From Candidatus Latescibacterota bacterium (GTDB lineage: Bacteria > Latescibacterota > UBA2968 > GCA-2709665): 64,000 bases of DNA. This document shows, piece by piece, positions 20,960 to 29,909 of the stretch. Location of the stretch: positions 2,464,001 to 2,528,000 of the forward strand of contig OZ241917.1 of NCBI GenBank assembly GCA_965203805.1, given 5' to 3'. The notes beneath the pieces are model-generated. The model was given only the letters and a program-made list of their open reading frames with translations. It did no database searches and was not told the DNA's origin. A program made the translations under genes and the position numbers. Numbering within the stretch: the stretch's first letter is position 1; the number at the start of each line of letters is the position of its first letter.

Positions 20960-21805
20960 ATGATTATCGACGTGCACGCCCATGTCTTCAGGTACCCACA
21001 ACACTTTACCGACCAGTTTCAACGCCAGGCCATGCGCGCCCGCGGCGACTCGGAGATCGACCTCTCGGCCGGCTATGAAGCCTACCTCGCCCAGGCGCGC
21101 GAACCGGTTCGAACGGTGGTCTTCGGAGGTAAGGCGAGGCTGAGCGGAATATGGGTAGAGGACCGCTACGTTGCCGCGCGCGTGGCGGAAAACCGGGATT
21201 CGCTCATCGGCTTCCTGTCCGTCGACCCCACCCAGGACGCCTGGCAGGAGGAGTTGAGGGAGGGTCACCAGGGCCTCGGCCTCAAGGGGATCAAGTTACT
21301 CTCGATGTACGCCGGCTTCAGACCGGACGACCCGTCGCTCGATCCGCTCTGGCGCTACGCCGCGGAACACGGCCTTCCCGTACTTCTCCATACCGGAACC
21401 ACCTTCGTCGCCCAGGCGCCCCTGGACTGTACGCTTCCCCGCCACCTGGATCCGGTCGCTATTCGTTTTCCCGACGTCAAGATCATCCTGGCGCATCTGG
21501 GGCATCCCTACGAAGGCGAATGCGTTGCCGTGATCCGAAAACACCCCAACGTCTACGCCGACGTCTCCGCGCTGCACTATCGTCCATTCCAGCTCTACCA
21601 CAGCCTCATGCTCGTTCAGGAGTACGGCGTCTGGGACAAACTCCTCTTCGGTACGGACTATCCGTTTACCACCGTCGACGCCTCGCTGGACGGCCTCCGC
21701 AACCTGAACGATATGCTCAAGGGTACCGCGCTGCCCCGTCTGGACGCGGAAGAAATCGAATCAATGATCTATCGGGACAGTCTCTCCATCCTGAACCTGG
21801 ATTAG
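20960..21805 (+). CDS. Amidohydrolase family 2 protein
   Basis: IIDVHAH, KGIKL, LLHTG, LAHLGHP, FGTDYP. Confidence 0.92.
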   Translation: MIIDVHAHVFRYPQHFTDQFQRQAMRARGDSEIDLSAGYEAYLAQAREPVRTVVFGGKARLSGIWVEDRYVAARVAENRDSLIGFLSVDPTQDAWQEELREGHQGLGLKGIKLLSMYAGFRPDDPSLDPLWRYAAEHGLPVLLHTGTTFVAQAPLDCTLPRHLDPVAIRFPDVKIILAHLGHPYEGECVAVIRKHPNVYADVSALHYRPFQLYHSLMLVQEYGVWDKLLFGTDYPFTTVDASLDGLRNLNDMLKGTALPRLDAEEIESMIYRDSLSILNLD

Positions 21806-21809
21806 CCCG

Positions 21810-22700
21810 ATGCGCATCGATGCACATATGCACGTCAACTACCAGGGGATGGACGCCGGCAGCCTCGTCGCCGAGATGGATGCCTGCGGTATCGACCTCG
21901 CGTGGCTGCTCACATGGTACCTTCCGCCGGGACAGGAGGCGCCGCGATCCGGCGCCGGATTCAGCCCGCTCAACTTCAGGCCGGACGGCACGCACGCCGG
22001 GGCAACACTCGATCATATCCTTGCCGCACGGGACAGGTATCCGGGCCGGTTCGTCGCCGGGTACTGTCCCTGCCCTTACGAGGGCTCCGCCGCCGATCTC
22101 TTCGAATCGGCATGGCGGATGCACGGTGTGAGGGTCTGCGGGGAGTGGAGCTATCGTCTGCTGCTCGACGACCCTCGCAGCATCCAGCTGTTCCGCCGCG
22201 CCGGCGAGCTCGGCGCCCCGGTCGTACTCCACGTGGACGTGCCCTACCTTCCCGGGGAAAAAAGTCGTCCAACCTATCAGAACTGCTGGTACGGAGGCGA
22301 CATACGAAATCTCGAACGCGCGTTGCAGGCCTGCCCCGACACGGTCTTTATCGGCCACGCGCCCGGCTTCTGGCGATACATCAGCGGGGACGCCGCGACT
22401 GCCGTGGAAGCATATCCGCCCGGTCCGGTCACCCCCGGCGGCGAACTGCATACCCTCTTCGACGATTATCCCAACCTCTACGCGGACCTTTCATCCGGGT
22501 CCGGCCTCAACGCCCTCAGCCGCGACCCCGGGCACGCCCGGGACTTCCTCATCCATCGGGCCGACCGGCTGCTTTACGGCCGGGACGGCAAAGGAAACGA
22601 TCTGCAGGAATTCCTGCCCTTGGTCGACCTTCCCCAGGACGTGCTGGACAAGATCTACTACAAGAACGCCGCAAGACTTGTGCCTGCCGCGACCGGATAA
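21810..22700 (+). CDS. Amidohydrolase family 2 protein
   Basis: RIDAHMH, CGE, VLH, GHAPGFW, YADLS, YGRD. Confidence 0.88.
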   Translation: MRIDAHMHVNYQGMDAGSLVAEMDACGIDLAWLLTWYLPPGQEAPRSGAGFSPLNFRPDGTHAGATLDHILAARDRYPGRFVAGYCPCPYEGSAADLFESAWRMHGVRVCGEWSYRLLLDDPRSIQLFRRAGELGAPVVLHVDVPYLPGEKSRPTYQNCWYGGDIRNLERALQACPDTVFIGHAPGFWRYISGDAATAVEAYPPGPVTPGGELHTLFDDYPNLYADLSSGSGLNALSRDPGHARDFLIHRADRLLYGRDGKGNDLQEFLPLVDLPQDVLDKIYYKNAARLVPAATG

Positions 22701-22791
22701 AAAAACAGCCGCCCTGTCACGCGAGCGGCGCGGGTGCTGCGTTCCTTTCGTTTTGATCGTGGCGCATGAACGCCAGGTTGACTGATTTCCG

Positions 22792-23736
22792 TCAGTCAGC
22801 GTCCGGCTGCGCCCCTCCCGTCCATGCCGCGCGGCCCCTGGTGTCCAGGTCCAGGGTCGTCCCCCGATCCGGCAGCGGAACGCGGGTACGATAGGATTCG
22901 GCGATCTCGGCGGCCGTTGCCGGAACCATTGCGCATCCCAGTTGTTCGCAGATCTCACGCGCAGCCGCAACGACTCCCAACATGGTCTCCCTTCGAAAGT
23001 CCGCGGCGTCTCCGTAGTCGAAGATGTTGTGCGTCAACGCCTTCAGGACCTTCACGGGAATGTCGCTTCCGTTCTCGATCTGTCGCTTCACGTTCTTGTG
23101 AATGGTATACCAGTGGTTCTTGGCGTCCACCAGTTCGATGCGCAGATCCTGCGGATGCGCACCGCCCCACATCCGCGAGTCGACGTCCACCGTGGGCGGT
23201 ATGTCCACGAAGTCCACGTCTCCCGCGAGGGACCGATTGTACCGGTGCGGGTAGTGGATATCCAGCGGCGAACCGCCCCATACGCAGGCGCATTGCGGGA
23301 GGTTCCGCGTTGGCATGGAGACGGTGCCGTGCGTGAACCCCAAGGCTTCCAGCGCGGGAAACGTATGGTCGTTGGCCGAGAAATATCCGGGTGTGAATAC
23401 GGTTGGCGGGCGCCCCATGGCATCGGCGAACACATCCATGCCTTCCTTCAGAATTGCCGTCTGTTCATCGAATCCGTATACGCCGAAGAATTCTTCGTGC
23501 CCCTGTTCCGCCGGATGAATGTGCAGGCCCACTTCGTGCCCCGCCGACTCCAGCTCGCGGTACACCGGCGCGTGTACCTGCATGTCGGATGGGATGACGA
23601 CAAACGTCCCCTTCGTTCCGGTCTGAGCGAAGATTTCGCCCAACCCCCGAATCGAGCGTTCGCCCAGCGCGGGATCGTCGATACTGCGTTGCGTGGATTC
23701 GCAATCGATCTGTACGTTGAAGAAAATCTCTGTCAC
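22792..23736 (-). CDS. Polysaccharide deacetylase (NodB/CE4-like) family protein
   Basis: QIDCE, GTFVV, GHEVGLHIH, FTPGYFS motifs. Confidence 0.8.
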   Translation of the reverse strand: MTEIFFNVQIDCESTQRSIDDPALGERSIRGLGEIFAQTGTKGTFVVIPSDMQVHAPVYRELESAGHEVGLHIHPAEQGHEEFFGVYGFDEQTAILKEGMDVFADAMGRPPTVFTPGYFSANDHTFPALEALGFTHGTVSMPTRNLPQCACVWGGSPLDIHYPHRYNRSLAGDVDFVDIPPTVDVDSRMWGGAHPQDLRIELVDAKNHWYTIHKNVKRQIENGSDIPVKVLKALTHNIFDYGDAADFRRETMLGVVAAAREICEQLGCAMVPATAAEIAESYRTRVPLPDRGTTLDLDTRGRAAWTGGAQPDAD

Positions 23737-23776
23737 AGGCCTCCACCTTCTCGTTTATTCTTCGTATAACCGGAAA

Positions 23777-25531
23777 TCAGCCGATCTCCGTCCGGCCTTC
23801 AAACCTGTCAACCGACAGAAACTCACGCTCCACCGAATCTTCCCGATCGCGAAATACGGAAAGTCGCAGCGGAGCGGACGTCTTGCCTTCCAGTGAGCCG
23901 CGCAATGTGTCGCCATCCACCGAAACCTCCGCCAGCCACACGCCGTCCTTTCCCTGCAAATAGCGGCCGATCTCGTCGTGGCTCGCGTAGATTTTTTCGA
24001 ACCCGTCCGTCAGTTCGCGGGTTCGATAGAGGATCCGGTCCCAATCATCCATGCTCACGGCGTCGAACTTCTGTTCGTGGGTCACGATTTCCGCGTAGAA
24101 TCCGGCGCGCAGCCCATGGCGGACCTGCAGGGCCGCGTTGGCGGCCGCCTTTTCGACGTCCGTTCTTTCGCTCTCGCGCAGATAGGGCGTGCAACCGGTG
24201 AGGAAATCCTCCTGATGGCGGGCCAGCATGGCCGCGAACGCGTAGAAATCGTGGTCGTCGGGCAGATAGTCGTAGTAACACGTCTGCAACCCGTACGGCC
24301 AGAAACCGTCCTCCATGCACATGTCGGCCTTGTGCAGCCCCGTCTGTAGTGCCGGGCAGAAAAACCGGTGGCCGCGTTCCTTCAGGAATGGCAGCGCCCC
24401 GACCCCGTATTCCCCCCAGTGGAATCGCAGCGTCTCGCCGGGATTTGCCCCCACCCGCTTCCAGAATGCGTCCGCGAACGCGAAGTTGGAAGTCAGTTCT
24501 TCGTGCGAACACTCGCCCTTTCCGAAATTGTAGATCAGCAGCCGATAGTAGTCCAGCGCGTGGCTGTTGTAGTGAATCTCCCCGCTCTGAATACCCGCCC
24601 TGATTTTGGGAAACAGCCGCTCCGGTACGTTCGCGATAAAAAGGGAGGGCATTGGCTTGTACCCATAGCGACTCGCGATGTCGGCGAACGCGAAATCGTG
24701 GCGTCCCTCGCAGTCGTCCCACGACATCGTTACGAACGGCGGAATCATGTTCGCGGCGAACGGCTTGCGCGCCGTCCACACGATCGAACGCCAGAACAGA
24801 TCGTCCAATCCGCGGGCGTGCCCGAAGAACGCGTTCCGCCACACCCTGGGATTCAGCGTGAACTGCACGGCGCGGCCCGCTCCCCATTCCGTCGCGAACG
24901 CCAGGGGATAGTTGCGCGGCTCAAACGCGCTCCACGGCGCCAGATGCCGGATGTAGATCAGCTGCTCCTTGCCCAGAATCCCGTCTGCCAGCGGCACCAC
25001 CGAGTCGCCCCATTTTTCGACCGCGATCGCCGTCACCATCCGGTCGAAGCTGTGGAATTCCCCGGGCGATTGCAGTTCGGTGATATAGTGCGCCTGCTCC
25101 CTTACACGTAATGTGTCCGTGGCGTAAGGATGCGGGTTGATCCGATCGAACCCGAACATCTCCGGAATCGGACCGCCGTATGACCTCAAATCGCAGTCGA
25201 AGTTGACCAGCCCGGCGCCGGCGCGGACCGCGTCCGAAATCAGACCTGCCTCCACGGCGCTGAGACTCGCGCCCAGCCTGTTTTGCGCGAGTACGATACC
25301 GGCGCAGTCGCTCAATGCTTCAGGCGTCGGCCGCTCCTTTGCCAGGTCCAGCAACCGCCAGGGCATCCCGAAATGCGCCAGCGCGACGAGAACCGTCTCG
25401 TCCACAATCATCCGCTCCCAGTACGGCCCCTCGCTGTCGATCACCACCACCAACGCGCCGTTACCGGACGTGGTATGGCGCTCTCGCCGCACCCGCCCGC
25501 TTCCTGAAGCCATGGGTTTCTCCATGTCCAC
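23777..25531 (-). CDS. Hypothetical protein: GATase-like/flavodoxin N-domain plus deacetylase-like barrel
   Basis: Long coding-like ORF in an operon; TMSWDD and NSH motifs resemble NodB-type barrels. Confidence 0.7.
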   Translation of the reverse strand: MDMEKPMASGSGRVRRERHTTSGNGALVVVIDSEGPYWERMIVDETVLVALAHFGMPWRLLDLAKERPTPEALSDCAGIVLAQNRLGASLSAVEAGLISDAVRAGAGLVNFDCDLRSYGGPIPEMFGFDRINPHPYATDTLRVREQAHYITELQSPGEFHSFDRMVTAIAVEKWGDSVVPLADGILGKEQLIYIRHLAPWSAFEPRNYPLAFATEWGAGRAVQFTLNPRVWRNAFFGHARGLDDLFWRSIVWTARKPFAANMIPPFVTMSWDDCEGRHDFAFADIASRYGYKPMPSLFIANVPERLFPKIRAGIQSGEIHYNSHALDYYRLLIYNFGKGECSHEELTSNFAFADAFWKRVGANPGETLRFHWGEYGVGALPFLKERGHRFFCPALQTGLHKADMCMEDGFWPYGLQTCYYDYLPDDHDFYAFAAMLARHQEDFLTGCTPYLRESERTDVEKAAANAALQVRHGLRAGFYAEIVTHEQKFDAVSMDDWDRILYRTRELTDGFEKIYASHDEIGRYLQGKDGVWLAEVSVDGDTLRGSLEGKTSAPLRLSVFRDREDSVEREFLSVDRFEGRTEIG

Positions 25532-25540
25532 GTCCGGTCG

Positions 25541-28198
25541 TCAACCGGACGTGGATTCTTGGCCAAACGCTACGGCGAAGATAAGGAAATCGCTGAAGGC
25601 GATGTTGCCGTCAGCGTCGAGGTCGAACAGTGGATCGTATCCGGAGTCACCATAAGTTGTGCCGAACCGCGCGGCAAAGAGGACAAAGTCGCCAAAATCG
25701 ACGGTGCCATTGAGGTCGAAGTCCGGCGTGACGAAAACGACGGGGCCGTCGTCGGGGTCCGCCACCACGAACCTGACGATTTCGGTAAAGTCCGCATTAA
25801 ACCTGTTGTGCGCCTTGTCTTCGACAACCATTTCTGCGAGGCCCCATGTTCCTGGTATACTGCCAACGGGTAGGGTGATAAGGTGGTTGTACGTGACGAA
25901 GACGGCCGGGTCGCGAGTGAAGTAGGTTTTCCCAACGTCTTTATCGTAATGCCGGTAGAAGTGCTCGCCACCGTTGGGGTCGCGCAACATCATTTCAGTC
26001 TCTTCGTAGCCGCTGATATCGTCTTTGATTCGGAACGTGATATAAACGCGGGTCTCGCCGTTCGGCGCCTTAGGGTTGGTGGGCGTCGCACGGATGGTGA
26101 CGGCGTTGACGTCAAGGACCGGCGGTGTCAGATCCGGCCGTCTGGTTTTGACATCGACCGTCGCTGGCGCCTCGTCCACAACAACGTCTTCTTTCCGGAT
26201 ACCGTGAGGCGGTTGCGTGAAATAGACGCCTCGGGTGTTGAGTGCAACATCTCTCATGACTATATAGTTGAGTGAATAGACACCGCTGGAAAAGTAGTCA
26301 GGGATCTTTAACGTGGAGACAGCCTCTCCGGTTTCCGGATCGACGTCGCCAGGGTCGGACCAATAGGCGTAAGTATCCGGATTGTCATCGTTGACGGCGT
26401 ACCAGACGCCTCGCTCGGTCATCCCTACCTCTTCAAAGACGTGCCATCGCGCAGTCAGTACCTGGAATGGCCGTTGTTCCTCTCGGTTTTCCGACAGCGC
26501 CAGCCGCATCGAGTTTCTGACATATACCGGCGGATCATCATCACTGAGGGGATTGTCGAGGTACAGCTTCCACCCGAAATCTGTCTGCGCCTCGTGTCGC
26601 TCGTTTCCGTGGGCATCTGTCAGTGTGATCTGATCCGGACTCCAGTAGCCGTGCGCAGAATGTTTCGATAGTGTGTGCTGTCCGCGCAGGACAAGTCCGC
26701 CGCGGGCGACGGGTGATAGCCAGATATCAAAGAAGGTGTTTTTTGTGCTGAACACCCTGACGGAGGTTCCACGACCACCGGCCCTTTCGCTTTCGCCGTG
26801 GGTCTCGATCTCGATCGTTACGGTCTTGTCTTCCTGCGGCGTGCCCCGCACCTCAATTTCGACGCGTACGATCTTACCTGGATAAACGACATCCGGATAG
26901 AGATTATAGACCTGGAATGTCAGGTCCTCACGGATCCGGGAAAGATAGCGCGTGCCGTGCATGACCCTGTCCTGGATGAACGTGTATTTGGCAGGAGAAC
27001 GCGATCGCAGTTTGTCTGGATTAACAATGTAATAGGCGATGCTTTCGGCCATGTCCTCGTTCGGGTTTTTTCTATGAGAATAGGCAGACACGAATTCCGT
27101 GTGCTTTGTCGTGGACCATCCGTCGGTATCATCTGCGTTTTCGTACCATCCTCCCAGCGCAATCCAGTCCTGTTTCAGCCGGTCATCGAAGAGATGGTGC
27201 CACAAGAAATGGGCTTTCTCGTGGACGATAAGGCGGGACAGGTGTGCAGGACCCGTCGTGGCAAACGCTTGTTCCATAAACTCGATATAGCCTTCAGTGG
27301 TATAGGCGATGGCGGGCGCTTGTGGATTCCACGGGTTGGGGGTGCCGTCGAGTCGCCGCACCAGGTACTTGAGTCCCGGCGTGATATGCATGCCTTGAGG
27401 ATGTTCCTCAAGCATCGCGGCGATGGCCATCAACTCTTCATTCTTGAACGGCATGAATCGGCTCGCACCCTCCTTTGTAGTTGATTTAGTAAGATCCTCA
27501 TAACTGGGGATGTTGAGGGTGATGCCGAATCGCTTTTCAAAGATATGCTCAAGCGCCTGCCTGTCGGCGCCGCCACTGGTGACAAAGTGAACGACGGCGT
27601 GGTGTAACCGTTTTGAGTAATAGTGACCAACGATGCCGTCGATCGTTGCCAGCAGCGGCTGGGAATTGTCTAAAGCCTCTGCGGCCAAGGTGACATGGGT
27701 ATGCCCTTCGACGACGCGTATCTCGACGTCGTTGTGTATGTGCTGTTGCGACAAAGTCCAGAATGACGGCGCTACGTTGTCTCCAAGGCCGTAAGGGTTG
27801 TTGACGGGCTGTGGAATGGTCTCGAAAATTCGCAGCAGCTGGAATGCTTCTACAGCGCTCCACTCGGTGCTGAGATGTACCGAATATTTCTGCTTCAGTT
27901 GCAGCGCCGCACTATGCGGCGCCGTTTCAACGACAGTGTCCATCAGAAGCACCCGCACCGGCTTGTTCATATTCGCGCGCTCGACGCCTTCCCGCGTCTC
28001 GTCCATCTCCCATCTGTAGGTAAAAGTCGCTGCGTGTACCACCTGCACATAGAGCAGGACAGACATCGCAAAGCACACTAGGACCGGACGAGCCGGTAGT
28101 CCTCGTATTTCTGAAGATCCGAGTCCGCGGACAGCGTTTGTGATCGCATCACAGGCCTCGATTACATCAGACAGGTATGCTCTCGCGTCACGGGGCAT
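25541..28198 (-). CDS. Secreted zinc metallopeptidase-like protein with Ig-like domains and C-terminal dockerin/EF-hand tail; N-terminus fused to a HEPN stub (alternative start 28066)
   Basis: VHEKAHF (HExxH) with AYS..NPNEDMAESIAYY; signal-like RPVLVCFAMSVLLYVQVVHAA; PDFDLNGTVDFGDF..FDLDADGNIAFSDF. Confidence 0.8.
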   Translation of the reverse strand: MPRDARAYLSDVIEACDAITNAVRGLGSSEIRGLPARPVLVCFAMSVLLYVQVVHAATFTYRWEMDETREGVERANMNKPVRVLLMDTVVETAPHSAALQLKQKYSVHLSTEWSAVEAFQLLRIFETIPQPVNNPYGLGDNVAPSFWTLSQQHIHNDVEIRVVEGHTHVTLAAEALDNSQPLLATIDGIVGHYYSKRLHHAVVHFVTSGGADRQALEHIFEKRFGITLNIPSYEDLTKSTTKEGASRFMPFKNEELMAIAAMLEEHPQGMHITPGLKYLVRRLDGTPNPWNPQAPAIAYTTEGYIEFMEQAFATTGPAHLSRLIVHEKAHFLWHHLFDDRLKQDWIALGGWYENADDTDGWSTTKHTEFVSAYSHRKNPNEDMAESIAYYIVNPDKLRSRSPAKYTFIQDRVMHGTRYLSRIREDLTFQVYNLYPDVVYPGKIVRVEIEVRGTPQEDKTVTIEIETHGESERAGGRGTSVRVFSTKNTFFDIWLSPVARGGLVLRGQHTLSKHSAHGYWSPDQITLTDAHGNERHEAQTDFGWKLYLDNPLSDDDPPVYVRNSMRLALSENREEQRPFQVLTARWHVFEEVGMTERGVWYAVNDDNPDTYAYWSDPGDVDPETGEAVSTLKIPDYFSSGVYSLNYIVMRDVALNTRGVYFTQPPHGIRKEDVVVDEAPATVDVKTRRPDLTPPVLDVNAVTIRATPTNPKAPNGETRVYITFRIKDDISGYEETEMMLRDPNGGEHFYRHYDKDVGKTYFTRDPAVFVTYNHLITLPVGSIPGTWGLAEMVVEDKAHNRFNADFTEIVRFVVADPDDGPVVFVTPDFDLNGTVDFGDFVLFAARFGTTYGDSGYDPLFDLDADGNIAFSDFLIFAVAFGQESTSG
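28121..28198 (-). pseudogene. 5' remnant of a HepT/DUF86 (HEPN) ribonuclease toxin
   Basis: MPRDARAYLSDVIEACDAITNAVRGL resembles DUF86 N-termini; its ATG overlaps the MNT stop; no Rx4H motif follows. Confidence 0.75.
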
Positions 28199-28496
28199 AC
28201 AGTAACTCTTTGGTCTGCTCGATTTCACTTGCGATATATCGGTTCTTTACGGCGCCTGAAACCACCAGGTCCACTTTCTCCTTCAATATGGATCTCAGCG
28301 CTTCCAGCAGGCCGAAGTAGGCATCGACCCGGGCATAGGGTTCCATGGGACCGAATTCGACCAGGAGATCCACGTCGCTGCGTCCGGGCTGGAACTCATC
28401 GCGCAACGCCGATCCAAATGCGTCCAGCCGGGCAACGCCAAATCGTCTGCAAGCTGTCGATATCGCGTCCAGCTTTGTTTCAAGTAACTCAATCAT
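28188..28496 (-). CDS. Minimal nucleotidyltransferase (MntA-type antitoxin)
   Basis: FGSALRDEF..SDVDLLVEF...VDLV, 102 aa. Confidence 0.92.
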   Translation of the reverse strand: MIELLETKLDAISTACRRFGVARLDAFGSALRDEFQPGRSDVDLLVEFGPMEPYARVDAYFGLLEALRSILKEKVDLVVSGAVKNRYIASEIEQTKELLYAP

Positions 28497-28654
28497 CGAT
28501 ATCCCTGCTACAATCAGGTATGCGAACCCCGGAGAGCCGCCCCATTACGGCACGCTGACGGGCACCAAAAAACAAATCGCGGCATCGGCGAGAGTCGGAA
28601 GACCGCAAAACACAAACAGGACATTTGCCTACTTCAGCACCGGAATTGGCATGT

Positions 28655-29047
28655 TCACTTCAGCGCGTTCACATGTGCATAATTGAGAATCTTCTCATCC
28701 GACGTCAACAGTTGACAGTTGTGAATTCTCGCCGTTGCGACGATAATCTGATCAGCAGGGTCGTTATGGAACTCGCCTGCCAATCGCGTCGACTCTATTG
28801 CAATTTGCGGCGTCAGATCGAGGAATCTAATTCCAGGATATGAAAGTGCCTGTTCCATCCACTCGTCAACGGTGATGGGCAAATTGAGCCGCTTGTATTC
28901 GACCAGTTTCGCAACTTCCCAACATGAAATCGCACACACCCCAAGACCTTGGGACTCATACTGTTCCAACCAAGATACTTGCAAGGTGGTTAGGCGAGCG
29001 TCTCCGTGAACCCACCAGACCCAGATGTGCGTATCAAGCACAATCAT
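28655..29047 (-). CDS. vapC: PIN-domain VapC family toxin
   Basis: IVLDTHIWVWW, ISCWEVA, HNDPADQIIVATA, LLTSD. Confidence 0.95.
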   Translation of the reverse strand: MIVLDTHIWVWWVHGDARLTTLQVSWLEQYESQGLGVCAISCWEVAKLVEYKRLNLPITVDEWMEQALSYPGIRFLDLTPQIAIESTRLAGEFHNDPADQIIVATARIHNCQLLTSDEKILNYAHVNALK

Positions 29048-29274
29048 CGCGATATGCCCCAGGCACCACTGGCTACGGGCTCAGTAGGATCGATGTATTT
29101 GATCGGAGTGTCACGCAACGGATAGCGGTCTTTCTCGTTGCATTTCGACGTGCAATGAGATACAGTGACTACAACCGCCTCTCCTGCCTGGAAAGGCAAA
29201 TCCTCCAAAACAACCTTTCTGTCCTGACCTACAACCGTTTCAACGCGATGGGCATTCATTTCTCTCGCCTCCAA
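29044..29274 (-). CDS. Probable antitoxin of the VapC toxin (AbrB-like small protein)
   Basis: 76 aa, ATGA overlap with vapC; LPFQAGEAVVVTV..YPLR..Y.DP.EPV...W pattern. Confidence 0.75.
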   Translation of the reverse strand: MEAREMNAHRVETVVGQDRKVVLEDLPFQAGEAVVVTVSHCTSKCNEKDRYPLRDTPIKYIDPTEPVASGAWGISR

Positions 29275-29481
29275 ATCCTGGCGTCAACGCTGAGGGAAAG
29301 ATAAAGCTCGGTCGGCAGTTACAATGCTGGACCACAATTGATTCCACGGAAATGCGCAACTCCTGTCGTTGTCTTTCCTATGGATTCTTCCTTGGCGGAG
29401 GCGGAACATAGAGTTACATCACGGAGAAAGGTAATCGGACGCTTATCCGGAATACCCGACTCCGCGCAATTGCGCTTTTGA

Positions 29482-29769
29482 TTACGCTGCCTGAGGTTTG
29501 ACGTAGATTTCGACCTGCATCCCAGCCTTCGCCAGCATGTTGATCAGTTTATCCACACTAAAGCGACCAACCTCTCCCGCCAACAAGTTGCTGATGCGCG
29601 GTTGGGACTCGCCAAAAAACGCAGCAGCCTCCCGTTGGGTCCAACCATTGACTTCGATGTACTTTCTCAGATCCAGCATTAAATCAGCCCGAACCTTCAA
29701 GTTCGCAGCTTCTGCGCGATCAAAACCGATGTCTTCGAATACGTTCTCGCCGCCCTGGACTCCTTCCAT
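29482..29769 (-). CDS. XRE-family HTH protein (HigA-like antitoxin), no adjacent HigB toxin
   Basis: NVFEDIGF..EAANL..WTQREAA..SQPRISNL..FSVDKLINML. Confidence 0.9.
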   Translation of the reverse strand: MEGVQGGENVFEDIGFDRAEAANLKVRADLMLDLRKYIEVNGWTQREAAAFFGESQPRISNLLAGEVGRFSVDKLINMLAKAGMQVEIYVKPQAA

Positions 29770-29857
29770 AGCGTTTGTCCTAAACTTCCGACAGGCTATG
29801 TCGAATAGATTTTACAATACACAGGATTGAGAACTCTCTTGATTCCACTGGGATTTT

Positions 29858-29884
29858 ATCCTGCCCATCCTGTCCATCCATGTT
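29858..29884. repeat. Short 9-bp-period trimer in an intergenic region
   Basis: ATCCTGCCC ATCCTGTCC ATCCATGTT; partial complementary arm ACAGGAT at 29821. Confidence 0.6.
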
Positions 29885-29909
29885 TCTTCCGATTATTTAA
29901 CCCAATGGA

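Noticed and set aside
22700-22760. Bidirectional terminator between convergent operons
   Set aside because: Only a short imperfect GC stem, too weak to call.
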